Source: Takakia lepidozioides
Taxonomy: Eukaryota; Plantae; Bryophyta
DNA length: 64,000 bases
NCBI GenBank assembly: GCA_030704615.1
Contig: CM060732.1
Location: 34,720,001 to 34,784,000 of the forward strand
Direction: 5' to 3'
Below are positions 1 to 12,890 of this stretch, piece after piece (position 1 is the first letter of the stretch; the number at the start of each line of letters is the position of its first letter). The notes below the pieces were generated by a model. The model had not been told where the DNA came from, ran no database searches, and saw only the letters and a program-made list of their open reading frames with translations. The position numbers were made by a program, and so were the translations under genes.

Positions 1-1400
1 TCAAATGCTTGGTCAGCCTTCTCGTCCATACAAATTTGTCTTTCCTTGTGAGTCGTGTCAATGGTGCAGCAATTTTGGAGTAGTCATTGATAAAGATTCT
101 ATAGAAATTTGCAAATCCTAGAAAACATTGTACATCTCGGACCGAAGTTGGTTTAATCCACTCGATGATGGTTTGTATTTTCTTCTGATCCATAAAGACT
201 CATTTGTCGGAAATAATGTAGCCCAAAAATTCGACTTCAGATTGGTGAAAAAGACATTTTTCCAACTTGACATATAGTTTTTTTTCCCTCAATTTATCAA
301 GGACAAGGCGTACATGGCGACCATGTTCTTCTTCATTCTGTGAGAATATCAAAATGTCGTCCAAATAGATGACTACAAAGTCATCTAAAAATTCTCGAAA
401 GATGTCATTCATCATGTGTTGAAACATTGCTGAAGCATTTGTAAGACCGAAAGGCATAACACTGTATTCGAAATGTCTGTACCTTGTGCGAAAAGCAGTC
501 TTCCATTCGTCTTCTTCTTTTATTCGTACAAGGTTGTAAGCTCCTCTCAAGTCGATCTTTGTGAAAAAAATTGCTCGTCCAAGTTGTTCGAGGAGTCCGG
601 AAATCAGCGGTAGTGGGTAACGATTTTTTATAGTGACTTTGTTGAGCCCACAATAGTCCACACACATGCGTAACGATCCGTCATTCTTCTTCACAAATAA
701 GATAGGTGTCTTGCGGATGATTTCGAATGTCGAATGAAATTCTTTGACAAATTTTCATCAATGTATTCACGTAAAGCAGCCAGCTCCGTCTGAGATAAAT
801 TGTAGATCGGGCCGAATGGTGGTTGAGATCCTTCTTGCAACTCAATTGCACAATCATAAAGTCGATGTTCTGGCAACATGTCTACATTTTTCTTCTCGAA
901 GACATCCTTGAAATCTTGATATTGAGTGGGTAATGTCGAAGTACCTTGGTCTGTTGTGGTTTTGATCGGAGTCGCATAAAGTGCAAATGTCGCGTCTTTC
1001 TTCGTAGCTCTCATGAAGGCTCTAGCTCCAAGAAACAGAGGTTGAATACCTTTGGTACTTTTGCATTTTTGTCTTGCCGAAATTTTTCGTGATCGCCAGT
1101 CGATGTCAGGATTATGAAGTACAAACCAGGGAAGTCCAAGGATCACAAGATTCGTAGGCGACTGGATAACATTGAAAACAATCTGTGATGCTTGATTTTT
1201 AAGCTTCACTTCAAGGGGTCGAGTTTCATGGTCAATATTTCCTGATGCTAACGGTCGTCCATCGATGACTTCAACAAGGGCCGAGAATTTCTTTCTTACG
1301 AGCGTTAAATTGTGTTGCTTCGCAAAGTCTTTGTCAATAAAACACGCTGAAGCGCCCGAGTCCAAACTACGGAGATATCTCAATTTTGCATCCTGATCTT
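1..1400 (-). pseudogene. pol: Retrotransposon pol (aspartic protease, reverse transcriptase, RT/RNaseH connection), frameshifted
   Basis: LDSGASACFID; [13 protein letters not shown]; KIDLRGAY; MPFGLTNA; YLDDILI; FLGFANFYR near 100-130. Frameshifts at ~700 and ~200. Confidence 0.93.
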
Positions 1401-1489
1401 TACTGGAACAATGAAACAAGGTACAGGGTCTGGAGGTAGAAAGAGACTTTTTTTTGGTGAGGAATTTGGGGTGTCCAGCCACATGGTCC

Positions 1490-2536
1490 CTACTGTGACT
1501 GGACATCTTCGTTTTCCGACCTCCTCATATCGAACACTTGAGTTGTGCCCCGAGCTTTGAATCTTCTCTTGTTGGGGCAATTTAATGCTATGTGATCATC
1601 TTCTCCACAATAAAGGCATAATCCATTTGAACGCCGTCTTTGTTTTTCTTGTGGCGTCAATGGCTTGAATCGGATAGCATCAATCTGCATAGGATCATTA
1701 CCGGATGTATGATGGATCGTTGTGTTTGGTGTCGTGGTAGCAGCAGCATAGTGCGTCGTCGACCATCCAGATCGCTTCTCTTGACGTCTTTCGAACAAAC
1801 GATTATCGCATGCAATGACTTGGGTAATGAATTCGCTCAGTGTACTCACGTTTGGCATCATCAGCAACAAATCTTTTACATCCTCTTTTAGGCCACATCG
1901 AAACTAACTAATGAGACTCTTCTCATTCAAGTCGAGGTCGCACGCAAGTTGTTGAAATTCGGTAGCATAAACGGAAGCTGGACGTGCTCCTTGTCGAAGA
2001 TTTCGCATCTTTGTCTCTGCAACTCTCTCTCTATCATTCTCTCCAAACGTTGCAGTGAACTCGGACATGAACGCTTCAAAATTGTATAGTAAATGCGAAT
2101 TTTTCTCTAATAGCGGTACAAACCAAGATAGGACAGTGCCTGATAGAAGGGTGCCTACGAATCCCACTTGAATACCTTCATCAGGGTAGCGTTGGGGATG
2201 TAGTCGTAGGAACAATCGTACTTGTTGAACAAAACCGCGAAATTTTGATCTCGTCCCATCAAATTTTTCGGGCATGCTGACCTTTGGTTCTCTTGTAATC
2301 TGTTGAAGATTTGAAGGAACCATGGCAGTAGGATTTGTTGTAGTAGAGACTCGTAAGGTTGAAGATCCATTGTTCGACTCTTTCAACTCTGAAATTTGTT
2401 GTTGCAAATTGTTGAGAGCGTTGCTATGATCTTGAGACTGATCAGCTTGTAGTTGGGCAGTAGAGGCACAAAGCTCTTGCATCTGGAGCTGAAGACTCTG
2501 CAATGTGGCGACCATTTCCGCAAATGTACCTTCCAT
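1490..2536 (-). pseudogene. gag: Retrotransposon gag with CCHC zinc knuckle, one premature stop at ~1904
   Basis: PEKFDGTRSKFRGF, LRQG..ASVYATEF, PMQID and CLYCGEDDHIALNC. ORFs 1904-2536 and 1490-1870 are in the same frame. Confidence 0.9.
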
Positions 2537-2557
2537 CTTAACTAACTAAGGAACAAA

Positions 2558-2572
2558 CTTCAGTCTCGCCAA
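2558..2572 (-). promoter_or_regulatory. Self-priming primer-binding site
   Basis: Lies just inside the LTR. Its 15 nt (minus strand TTGGCGAGACTGAAG) are perfectly complementary to LTR 2855-2841, about 27 nt downstream of the TATA box. Confidence 0.8.
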
Positions 2573-2574
2573 AC

Positions 2575-3203
2575 TGTCAAGGACGAGAATATGAAACAAG
2601 AGATCAGAGCAGAGGTACAAGACTAGACAAGAAGTCTAGGTCGGCGTGGCCGTACGATGAGTAAATATGAATCGAGATGATCTTTATAACAATGAACAAG
2701 AGTACAAGATATTGGAACACGACTTGAATACTGGAATGCTGGAAACTAGACTGGAGTATCAGATACTGGAAACTGGGCTAGAGTATTGGGAACTGGACTG
2801 GAGTACTGGGAACTGGAAACAAGAGTAGCTTGAACTGGTGTTGGCGAGACTGAAGAGTGTCCAGTCTCGCCTCCTATATATACTGGCTACTAAGAAGCTT
2901 CCCTAAGAAGCTTCCCCTATGGAGGTTTCTTGCTGGAGAAGTTTCCAAGATTAAACAAAGGTTTCTTGATGGAGAAGCTTCCTTAAACAAATGAGGTATC
3001 TTGATGGAGAAGTTTCCTCCAAAGCTGAGCAGTTTCCCAAGTTACTCTTGGTAATTTGGTAAACTCCCGATAACTTGGTAAATAATGGTAAATCATGGTA
3101 AATCATGGTAACTTCCGGTAACATGGTAACTTCCGGTAACATGGTAACTTGGTAACTTTCGGTATTTATTCCTGGTAAGTTCCTCTGGGCTATGTCCGTG
3201 ACA
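2575..3203 (-). repeat. 5' LTR (~629 bp)
   Basis: Minus strand starts TGTCACGGAC and ends GTCCTTGACA (TG...CA, 9/10 inverted match). TATA-like TATATATAG at 2882-2874. Internal short tandem repeats at ~2730-2820 and ~3090-3165. Confidence 0.85.
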
Positions 3204-5043
3204 ATGGGTATTTTCGGATCACCACTTCCAAAAACAGACCAGATTGCATTCCAATTTGCATACGCGCTATTGGCCATAAATCCATGAAAGTTGGGATATG
3301 AGACACCATGATTTCTCATGACTCTCACAAGGGACTTCCACATCAGGATTTGAGACTCAGTGTCTGCGGATTGCATGTCACACACTGCAATTGTCAAAAC
3401 TCTTTGGTAAGAAGGATCGTACACATGGGCAGCCATGGTTGTCCAGCCCTTCACACGTTTCACATGATCAAACATGAGCCAGGATTTCTGGAGATCGCCA
3501 CTGGACTGCATTCTGCGGACCAAGCTAATTCCACTTCCCTCCGCAACTATGGACATCTTGAATAAGAACACTTTCAACGACCCCTGATCAGGAAAAACAT
3601 TGTCTTGAATGAAGTCGTACATGCTTCTCCGTTTCAATTCCAGGATGCTATCCACATAACATGTGCTCCCTGTTCCCATTCTGAGTGCGTTGATCTGGTT
3701 GCGTACATTTGGTGAACTAAGGGTCGAGAAATAGTCCATAACGACGTCCAGTTTTTCGCTGTCCAGTTTCTCTATGTTCTCTTCTGCTCCTCCTAGAGTG
3801 TGTTTTTGCAATAAGCTCTTGCTTGCATAAAGTGCAATTGCAGATGGCGGTGCATAAGGAGCATTCTCCCCCTCATGCCGTAGAAATCCCCGAATTATTT
3901 CAAAGACTTTCTCGACAATCCCCTTTCGATACGGGGTGGGTATGATTGCTGAGATGAACACAAGCTCGGGTAAGGCCGCAAAAATGATGGAGCACATAGT
4001 ACATGCGGGCCTTGCATGTGCCAATGCATGTTGGGGCCATTTTGCAATATTTGCAGAGCAACGTCGTGTTTTTAGGAGGTGGGCACCCAACCTCGAATGG
4101 GTTATCCGCGCAACCCTCCCACTCCGTCTCGTTTGGGGAGCCTCTCAATGACAGGCAGTTGCAGGCTTCATTTCCACAACGTAGGTGCCCAACGCATACT
4201 GATCTACGGAAAGACAAGCCATGAGGGTTATGTATGTTGGTTGTCTTAGTTCGACACCAAGGGTGTCCGTCGTGCTTCTTGTCCATCCCTTGCATGAGTC
4301 CCCCCAAACCTCCATAGGACGTCGGAGGTGGCAGCTCAAAAACCACATCTCCATCAAATTCTGCGGGAAGGTATTTTGCTCTTACAATATTTATTGTCCC
4401 CCATGCAATTCCACGCACGTCACTTCCGCAGTTTGGCAAGCCTTTCATAGACTACAACCTTGGAACAACACTGCATATCTCATGCACATCTGGTTCTTCG
4501 ACAGAAGATAGGTGTGTTGGAGGTGGTGGAATCTCAGAGATGTCGTCGTCACCGGAGCTTTCCGAAAGATCGACAAAAGCCGTCGATGTGCTGGTGTCCT
4601 CTTTTTTAATTGTAGCAGGTGTGAAGGCCGGAGCCACCAAAGCGGCAGTTCCTGGTGTGAGTGTAGAACCTACAGACGAACGTCGTTGATCCCCGTGCAT
4701 GCGGTAAGTGCCCGCTGGAACTCTCCATTGTCTAATACGGTCATCGCACACGAATGGCTCCAAAATCATCATACTGTCGACCCTACCGGCAGAGTCGTGC
4801 ACTTCTTTCTCCACATGCACAGTTCCAACTTGCAGATCCAAACTTCTACAGAGGACATCCTCTCCCACGGTTGCCATCCCATTGGTATCTGGCACTTTGG
4901 TGAGGGGGAACGATTTGTAAGCACAGTAGAATTTTACCAACTCTCCTGTGAGAGCCATTCGTAAAGCAGAGAAGAGTATGGGAACAGTGTCCAACAAAGT
5001 GTGCCAGCACTGGAGCAACGAGCCGTACGTCTGTGGATAGCAT
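3204..5043 (-). pseudogene. MULE-type transposase of element A (GCM/WRKY-like Zn finger and first DDE residues); stop, frameshift and gypsy insertion
   Basis: DGHPWCRTKTTNIHN...CVGHLRC...CKYC...RACVHLSNHTHP and WLMFDHVKRV. Clearly homologous to 14630-16018. Start codon uncertain. Confidence 0.85.
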
Positions 5044-5559
5044 CAAACAACATGATCGAAGCGCCCATACAGGAACGTCACTGCCGATGCACGGCTAGCT
5101 GGATGAGCAGTTTCATTCCACTTTGCACTAGGCCATCTATCCTCATCCATCCACATTACCCATCAGGCAAGGTATCCTAGGTAATCATTAACTGCCTGTA
5201 TCCAACAGTTTTTTACAGACACCAGCCGTCCAGCCACCCGTTCATTCTATCGAAAAGTAGCTAGGATGAAATTGTTTTACTTGTTTTCCTTTATTTGTTT
5301 CGAATGAGCAGAGGACGTGGAGAAGACACCACCACTGAAGCGACAACCAAAAATTCCCCTAGGCGTGTACGTCAGTTTTGAAACAACCTTATTTTAGTGC
5401 GACTCTGGACCGTTCAGGACGACGTGTCTTGCATGCAGATGCTCCACGCAACCCCGCCGCTTTTCCACGAAGCTGGCATCTTGGCGCAGTAGGGGCGGGG
5501 GAGAGGCAAGTGCACTCCCTCTTTCTCGCACCACTTTTTCCCTCCCTAGCTGCAATCCT

Positions 5560-6035
5560 GGATCCTATCAATAGTGAGACTCCCTCTCGAGCTAGAAGAA
5601 GGCGCCGCCGAACTCTGTACTTCACATCTAACAAACAAAGGTTGCAGGCGAAGGAGAGAATGAAGAAGATCCAAAGGGAACTCATGTTGGGGGAGGACAC
5701 CGGGGTGGGAGAGGCTGGAGGAGAGGGGGAGGCAGAGGCTGGAGAGGAAGAGGCCGGAGGAGCAGTTGCGCGGCAATCTCCAGAGGGTTTAGCCGCCGTG
5801 CAGGAGGAGCCCAACGAGCTTCAATCTTTTGAGGGTAGAGCGAGAGGAGGAACCATGGACCCGCCTCAGACAACAATCCCAGGTAGTTCGCATAATGGAA
5901 GAAACACCGGAGGTTGAAGTACGTGGTTTTGTCACCCACCAGCCCGATCTTCTGGGACCTGTCCTCCCACACGAACTGAAGGAGACGAGTCAGACTGGAG
6001 GTGCGTCTTCGAGCGCTGCAAAGAAGCAAGCCGAG
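5560..6035 (+). pseudogene. Exon 1 of the element A ParB-MTase gene (basic then acidic N-terminus, frameshifted)
   Basis: RRTLYFTSNKQR...HQPDLLG...ASSSAAKKQAE is homologous to B 13399-12950. It ends at a phase-0 GAG|GTATG donor (6036) that matches the phase-0 acceptor before RKRKRK. Start codon not identified. Confidence 0.65.
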
Positions 6036-6104
6036 GTATGTGTGACGTTCCAGTTTCCTTTGTTTCTCAACGACAGAAGAGATTCAATCTGTATGATAGA
6101 TCGC

Positions 6105-6959
6105 AATCAACCTTGCGTGAACGCAAGGTTGATTTGCTGGTAGCTGGAATGCCAGAGTCGTGACTGACGGACAAGAAGATGATTCTCTTAAGAAAACCCC
6201 AATCAACCTTGCGTCAACGCAAGGTTGATTTAGGTGACAGACACAGACATCCGAAACAAGCTTTGCCCTTTGAATGATTGATTTCGACCCGAATTGAGTG
6301 GTCTGGTTCTCCTTTCTTTTGACGTTTGAATCTTACAGAACAACCTTGCGTTGACGCAAGGTTGTTTTGAGTGTACTGTCTATGTCTATTTTTCCCTTCA
6401 CTGTCTGTTTTCCCACCGTTGCAAATCTCACAATAAACCTTGCGTCAACTCAAGGTTGATTTGGGTTGCAGGCCTGTGCCCTTTTAAAGGGTTTTTTTGA
6501 ACCACCAAACAACCTTGTGTTGACGCAAGGTTGCTTGAGAGTCCAGCCAATGTCTCCTTTTGCCTTCACTCCCAAAATTGCTAGCCCAAGAATCAACCTT
6601 GCGTCAACGCAAGGTTGATTTGGGCTGCAGTCCAATGTCGTTTTGATGTAGTTTTTTTGAACGGTTCAAGCTCATCACACAACCTTGCGTTGATGCAAGG
6701 TAGTTTGAGAGTCTTGCCAATGCCTGTGTTTTCCTTCAATCCTACAGGTGCATGCCCAAGAAACAACCTTGCGTCAACGCAAGGTTGATTTGGGCTGCAG
6801 TCCTGTGTCCTGCTGTAGGGTTTTTTGGAACGACTGAAGCTCATCAAACAACCTTGCGTTGACGCAAGGTAGTTTGAGAGTCTTGCCAATGTCTGTGTTT
6901 TCCTTCAATCCCACAGGTGAATGCCCCAGAAACAACCTTGCATCAATGCAAGGTTGATT
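6105..6959. repeat. Array of 10 palindromes (AACCTTGCGT-NN-ACGCAAGGTT) in intron 1 of element A; the distal part is a ~169-bp tandem repeat with two sites per unit
   Basis: Central hexamers start at 6117, 6213, 6350, 6444, 6519, 6603, 6689, 6773, 6858 and 6942. An 11th site lies at 18350, beyond the B insertion. Confidence 0.95.
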
Positions 6960-6983
6960 TGGGTTGCAGTCATGTGTCATGTG

Positions 6984-6992
6984 TCCTATGTC
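6984..6992 (+). repeat. Left 9-bp target-site duplication of element B (TCCTATGTC)
   Basis: Identical to 18275-18283. A 9-bp TSD is typical of MULEs. Caveat: it lies in a 7-bp micro-repeat. Confidence 0.75.
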
Positions 6993-9671
6993 GGGGAATG
7001 CTTGTGCGTGAGCCTGGCTAGGCTCACGCCATGTCAGCAATCATCCACGTGTGTAGGTCCTAATTCCGTGCCCCCCCCCCCCCCCCCTATTACCGCGGAT
7101 CAGTTGTCACCTATGTCCCTTTCATCGCCCCCACATGAATATTCTTTCCAACCGAGAACAATGGTAGGTTTGTGGATGGTTTAGGATCGAGGACATGATT
7201 TTTGAATGAGGAGATCGCCCGCTAGAGAATTGAATATTAACAACAAACCCCTTTTTTTGCAAAGTAGTTCATTCATTCCAACCCACAAACATTTTCCAAT
7301 GCTGGAATCTGAAGACCCACCCCAGGCAATCCCTAACTGTACTTACGGGAACGCGCGAAGATCTTGAGAAACAGTTTGGGATGGAAGCAAAACCAAAATA
7401 CATTTTATTAAGTCTCGGTACTTGAACCTCAAGAACTATTGGAGGTTTCAGAGGAACTACTTCCAGAGTCTGCAGCAATATCATCTATGAACACAGCAGC
7501 CCCTCCTTGATGTTTTTTTTCTCCACGACCCCCATGGAGAGGCAAATACATTGTTTGTCGGGACAACACCCGTGCACAAGCTTCCGGGTAAACCGGCAAG
7601 CGGTAAGCTCTAGGGGGACTCGGCGACATGTAGTATCCTTGGAAATCGAAAGGTGTCTGCGTATTCGATGACGCCTGCCGAACTCTGGAAAGCAAGAAGA
7701 GGAATGGTGGTAGATGTTATCATCCAGAAATAGACAATGTAAGCAACCATCTGTCGAATGGGAATGACACAATGAAATGCAACATATTTTGCACGACTAG
7801 AGCCGAACTTACTCACACTCAAAATCGGAGTCCACGTCGAGATCCTCGTCAGGCGCTTCGGGCTCCTCTAGAAGTTCCTCCGTGGATGGGGCAGAAGTAG
7901 TGCCCGACTCAAGCTGATGAAGCTCGCTTGAGAAGAGCTCCGTATCAGCCTCCATGCCGAAGAAGTGCCTTCTGGCGCTTTTGCACGCATGAAAAGATGC
8001 TCCTGCAAATCGAAGATGAACGAGAAATCAAAACAGGGCTTCCCTAAGCTCACTGCCCACATTTCAAACACAGCGTTCAGGGCCCCACCTGTTCCCATAG
8101 ACAAGTCAACCACTCGTCCACCGTGATGGCTGCATGTCTCCACCAAAGTCTGCATGAAAGCTCGAAATTTCTCCCATGCACCTCTCCAAGGGACACCAGT
8201 CGACCTTTTTGTGGTTCGACCCGAGTCCACATAATTGAAGATTACATCATCCTCCACTGGCTCACAGGTGGGGTCAATGTGAGCTTCAAGGTCCCTCAAC
8301 TGGAACTCAGCAATACCAAGAGTGTCCTTACGCACCCTCACCAGGCACAAAGCTTCGAACACCCGAGTCTGTCAACAATCACGAAGAGAGCATGAGGCAA
8401 AAGACAAAACCAATTTTTGACATGTACATCAGAACCACTAAACTTTAATTCAAAGGAACCAACTCACTTTCTGCCCCGGGAACTCGCCCTTCGTAAGAGG
8501 CAGAGTGTTGATGCATGTCCAAGTTTTGATGACACGAAACCCGGAAGCTTTCATGTAGCTGAAAAGAGTTCTCCGTGCCGACATGTCCTTTGACTGCATG
8601 AGAAGAAGAGCACCCGAGTCAGAAAAGAATTTGTTGCTGAATGAGAAGGCCCACTGCCAGTAACGAGAATCCGATTTGTTCCAAGTGGGGGTTGAATTGG
8701 AAGGCAACACATCAGGGACAGGGAAACCGTCAAGAATGTGCAGCACCATAAGGTCAGTCGTGTATGCCTGCTGAACTCCATTCACCCAATCCGGCCTTTT
8801 TGTGACCTACAGCCAAAAACATGGGACAGTGTCACAAGCCCAATCTTGATCCAACAAGAAATCAATCCCATCGACAAGCTAGAACAAGTTGCCAAAACAA
8901 AATTATTCACACAACAGTTAAGACATATGTGCTTACCTGAGTGAGGAACGAAACAAGCATGTCCCATGATTTCGAGGGCACCCCTTTGAATGTAGACTTC
9001 CTGGATTCCATCATTGCCAGAAAACTTTCATTCACCACCTTACGATGGAACTGGCCCAAAACCCTGGATGGATGGTCTCTCGCATCGAAAGGCTGCTCCC
9101 TCGACTTTGTTGTTCTCCTATCCCTCCTAGTTGGAGAAGGCTGTCTTTCAGCGACCTCTGACGGGCCCTGTTCCTGCGGAGCTGCACTCTTCCCCTTCCC
9201 CTTCGGATCCCCGACAATCTTCCCCTACCGTTTTGGAGTAGCAGATTTCTCAGGCTCTTTTGCAGCAAGAGCAGCAATGATTCTGTCCTAAATGTCTTTG
9301 TCAGCCAGTGGGGCAAGTGTCGCGGCGTTGTCGTTAAGGTTTCTCAAAACAACTTCATCGAATGGTGTGTCCTGTTTTGGCAGATCGAGGTACCACCCAC
9401 AGTCTCTGAAGTGCGCCCTGCTCCAGTCTCTGGCAATACTAGCCGTGTACATTGTCTTGTCATTGGAGGGGTCAACCCACGAGTAGATGAAGTCTGGGTC
9501 ATCGCTAAGGTACTTTCCCGGTATGAGGACATGATACATATACCTGAATGACACACACACCCAAAATCCAGACAGTCAATCGATCTGATCAGGACACAGA
9601 TCACACATCACGAGAAGTGTATTGGCATGCAGGTCAATAACACTGATAAACCAACGTTTGAAAGCCCGATT

Positions 9672-10433
9672 CAACATTGCGTTGACGCAATGTTCATTCG
9701 AACTGAAATGGAAAACATCAAATTTGGAGAACGGCACTTTCAACAAGCACGTACGAGAGGGAAAGCCCATTATCCTAAAACATCTCATGCACAACATTGG
9801 AACCACAATCAACCTTGCGTTGATGCAAAGAAGATTGGCGGATACACCTATGATAATGTAGCATTGAAAGAGACAGTGCTTGGCAACGGAATTCAACATT
9901 GCATCAATGCAAGGTTGTTTTCATTAACAGAGAAAATGGAAAACAGTGATTGAAAAACAACATCCGAATATCTGCTGGTATGGATATTCAACCTTGCGTT
10001 GACGCAAGGTTGAATTCCTCTGCTGAAACACCTGTCCAGGGTATTTTTGATACCCTTAACTTTCCTACAATTGTATGGAAATCGGGGTATTTTGGCGGGA
10101 TTAATCTAGCAATCCATACCGTCAAACAACGTTGCGTCAACGCAAGGCTGGTTGATGGTACAGTGTAAGCTCTAAACAACATTTCAAACAGACTCCAAAC
10201 CGACTTTAAGTTCATCCTGGCAGCATTGCAACTGGAAACCACAAAAAAAACAGCCCTAGAACGAAGGAAAACCTACACAACCAGGCCCTTCATCAACCTT
10301 GCGTTGACGCAAGGTTGATTTTCCTGTCAATTTTTGCCCTTTCACATGCAGAATAACGACTTCATTGGATACCCCAGGTACATGAAAGTGAAACCAAAAC
10401 AAAGGGATACAAGCTTGCGTTAACGCAATGTTG
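9672..10433. repeat. Seven palindromes in the large middle intron of the element B ParB-MTase gene
   Basis: Centres at 9681, 9819, 9903, 9998, 10136, 10303 and 10419, with unique sequence between them. Confidence 0.93.
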
Positions 10434-12321
10434 CTCGGCTGCACGTCCAGAGCCTTCATAGCTCCCTGAAAACCTCCGAATTCGCAGTACTACATGGAAA
10501 AAATGAAACAAGAATACAGAAACATACACTTCAAGTACCAGAATTGTTTCTTGGAGGTCACACCTATACAACACTCGTTTCATTGCTTGCTCGCTGTTGT
10601 ATTGGTTTTTCAATTCGTAGGACCTGGAGATTCATTTTTCTCTCTCAAACTCCCTGAAAAAACAGTTGTTCCAGACAGCGAGCTTCCATCTCCTGATATA
10701 GGCCTCCAGTGTGATCCGGGGGCAAGACATCTGGATTTTGTAGTCTGCCATTGACTCCCCAAGTGCAGTCACCGCTCGTTTTTCCAATTGCAGCAAAAAA
10801 GATCATAAGAATTGTGGAGAGAGCACGAAGCAGCTCAAGCATTTGAAAATGGTTTTGTGGAAACTTTATTTGGCTCCATACGGTTGCTTTGTGTAGCCAC
10901 TGGTCGAATGTGTGGTCGCTAACAACTTTTATTGCTTGTGTCTTGGAGTTCCTCTCAGGAGATGGGAACATGTTGGTGTCTCTCACAAGTGGATCGGAAT
11001 TCCAGATCTCCAACCACCTGATTTTGGTTGCATTGTCCACCATTGAAATGGAAAGGCGATGCAGTTTCTCTAGGTCATCTCTGGCTTTGAGCCATACTTG
11101 TCATAATGTGCTTTCACCTGTTCCAGAAATTCTGTGCCAAAACTTGGATCTGCTATGCGGATTTGTTTGTCGAACGCACTCATGAGGTTCTTCCTTTGAT
11201 TGTTCATCTCGAATTTCATTATGTCCTCGAGCCTAGTAGCAGACCTCTGCTCTTCTGTGTGGGAAGCATAGTACTCTGATTTCGCCTTCAAACCAGTTTC
11301 TGCTATTTCTTGCTGCATACATTACAGGGAGAAAGAATCAAACACTGCCGTTTCTTGATAAAATTTGCAGTAACAACAATCAAACATATATCAAGAAGCA
11401 TACCGTGTACATGTAGTCAAGAAAAGCCTCCCTTGTCAGGCTGTACCATGTGCTTGTCTTCTTTTCAGCACACCTCTTCATCTGCTGAGGACTGAGCACA
11501 TTCGTGAATGACTCCAGTGGCATCAGCCCTATCTTCTGGATACGGAATAGAGTGTGGCAGAGATTTGTCGTCACATAGGAGGTTTCATTGGACATGAAAA
11601 AACCTTCAACTCATAAGATGATTTCTAATTGTGCAAACGCAGATCGGAACGGGAACAATGTTGGTAACTTACTTGTTTATGTCGTGCATGGCTGTCAAGA
11701 GTTGCGTGACACATCCTTTGTGGTCGAGTACCATGGAAAACACGCTCCAATGCCATTCGATCTCGTCCAAGTGCAAGCTTGAAATGTAATCTATCCAGGC
11801 AAGCAGTATATGGTTCCCATCCCAGACAAAAAACATCTTTCCCATAAACGCTTTTGTGGAGGCCTTTTTGGACAGCTTGAACTCAAACTCCCTGTTTACA
11901 TCCCGCCAGCATGCATCCCAACTTCGCTCTGTCTCCACTGTTACAAGACACTCCTCTCCTTTCGTGTTCACAGTGGATACATAGAACACAGCAGATCCCT
12001 TGACATAGCTGTGAACAAAATTGTTCTTCAACTTCGTGATGTCGTTCCTCAATGCGGGTCGAACCGCGGGCATGGAGATCATCCTGCATAGTGGGATAAC
12101 CAGGTTTCCGCCGGGAACCTCCATCGACAGAATCACCTTCGAGGAGTTCACTTTCTGCCCACCCATAACCTCCTCGGCCTTGTCTTCATAGTGTCCCTCA
12201 AATGACTCCTCCTCACCATCACCTTCTGCCACTTCCGCATCTCCCCCCACGGATTTCCTTTTTCTTTTCCTCTGCACAAAATGAATATCCCTGTGAGTGA
12301 CAGATTGAGCTCCCATGGATC

Positions 12322-12890
12322 TACCTTGCGTTGACGCAAGGTTGATTGATGGGGATGCAACTTAGTCTGAAATGCATACAGTCCATTGAACCAACTAAAT
12401 GCTTTGCGTTGACGCAGGGTTCTTTCGGTGGCTTCAGATAATCGACTTTCCCTACTTTGCGTCTCCTAGTGCGAGACTTCAGATGCAGAGAGTGGCATCA
12501 GAATCAGCCTCGCGTCAACGCAAGGTGATTCGAGTGTTGAATCTGCTTCATGTCACCTTCTTAAACAAACGCTTTGGAGGTCGACATCAACCTTGCGTTG
12601 ACGCAAGGTTGCTGTGGAGCTCTCAGATTGGTGTTCAACAAACAAAAAAATCACATGGAAAGGCACATTGCAACTTATGGTTTCTTCTTGGCACTGTATG
12701 ATGCACCGGGAGCATCAATAGTTCCATGGCTGCCAGGCGTTTAGGGTTTGTGGTATTGAATAGAAAAGGCACACGAATCAACCTCATGTCAACGCAAGGT
12801 TGATTCGAGTGCAACATCTGCACTCGTTTCATGCCCAGAACATACACTGTGGAGGTCGACATCAACCTTGCGTTGACGCAAGGTTGATGT
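12322..12890. repeat. Six palindromes in intron 1 of the element B ParB-MTase gene
   Basis: Centres at 12330, 12408, 12514, 12597, 12788 and 12872. The intron runs 12949-12272 on the minus strand. Confidence 0.93.

Larger units (their letters stand above)
1..3203 (-). mobile_element. Ty3/gypsy LTR retrotransposon (Tf1/Tcn1-like chromovirus type), 5' half; runs off the left edge; inserted into the element A transposase
   Basis: Order on the minus strand is LTR, gag (CCHC knuckle), protease (LDSGAS), RT (YLDD). The host transposase frame breaks at 3204 (...FGSGDPKIP|), where copy B continues FGTGDPKVPMPGRERTC. Confidence 0.95.

Noticed and set aside
2951-4090. 379-aa ORF as an intact gene
   Set aside because: It is chimeric: a frameshifted transposase segment reading through into the gypsy LTR, where the VTMLPE repeats come from an LTR tandem repeat.
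5378-6143. Independent third gene in the element (and its homologue at 12635-13399)
   Set aside because: Homology between copies stops exactly at a phase-0 splice donor compatible with the ParB exon acceptor, so it is better read as exon 1 of the ParB-MTase gene.
6105-6959. CRISPR-like array of palindromic repeats with ~55-60 bp spacers
   Set aside because: Spacers repeat (169-bp tandem unit), spacing is irregular elsewhere, there are no cas genes, and the array lies in a spliceosomal intron of a plant transposon.
6450-7184. Short ORFs with repeated QPCVDARL / STLRQRKVD / NLALTQG peptides (also near 9600-10450, 12400-12900 and 20380-20800)
   Set aside because: These are translations of the DNA palindrome in different frames within introns, not protein repeats.
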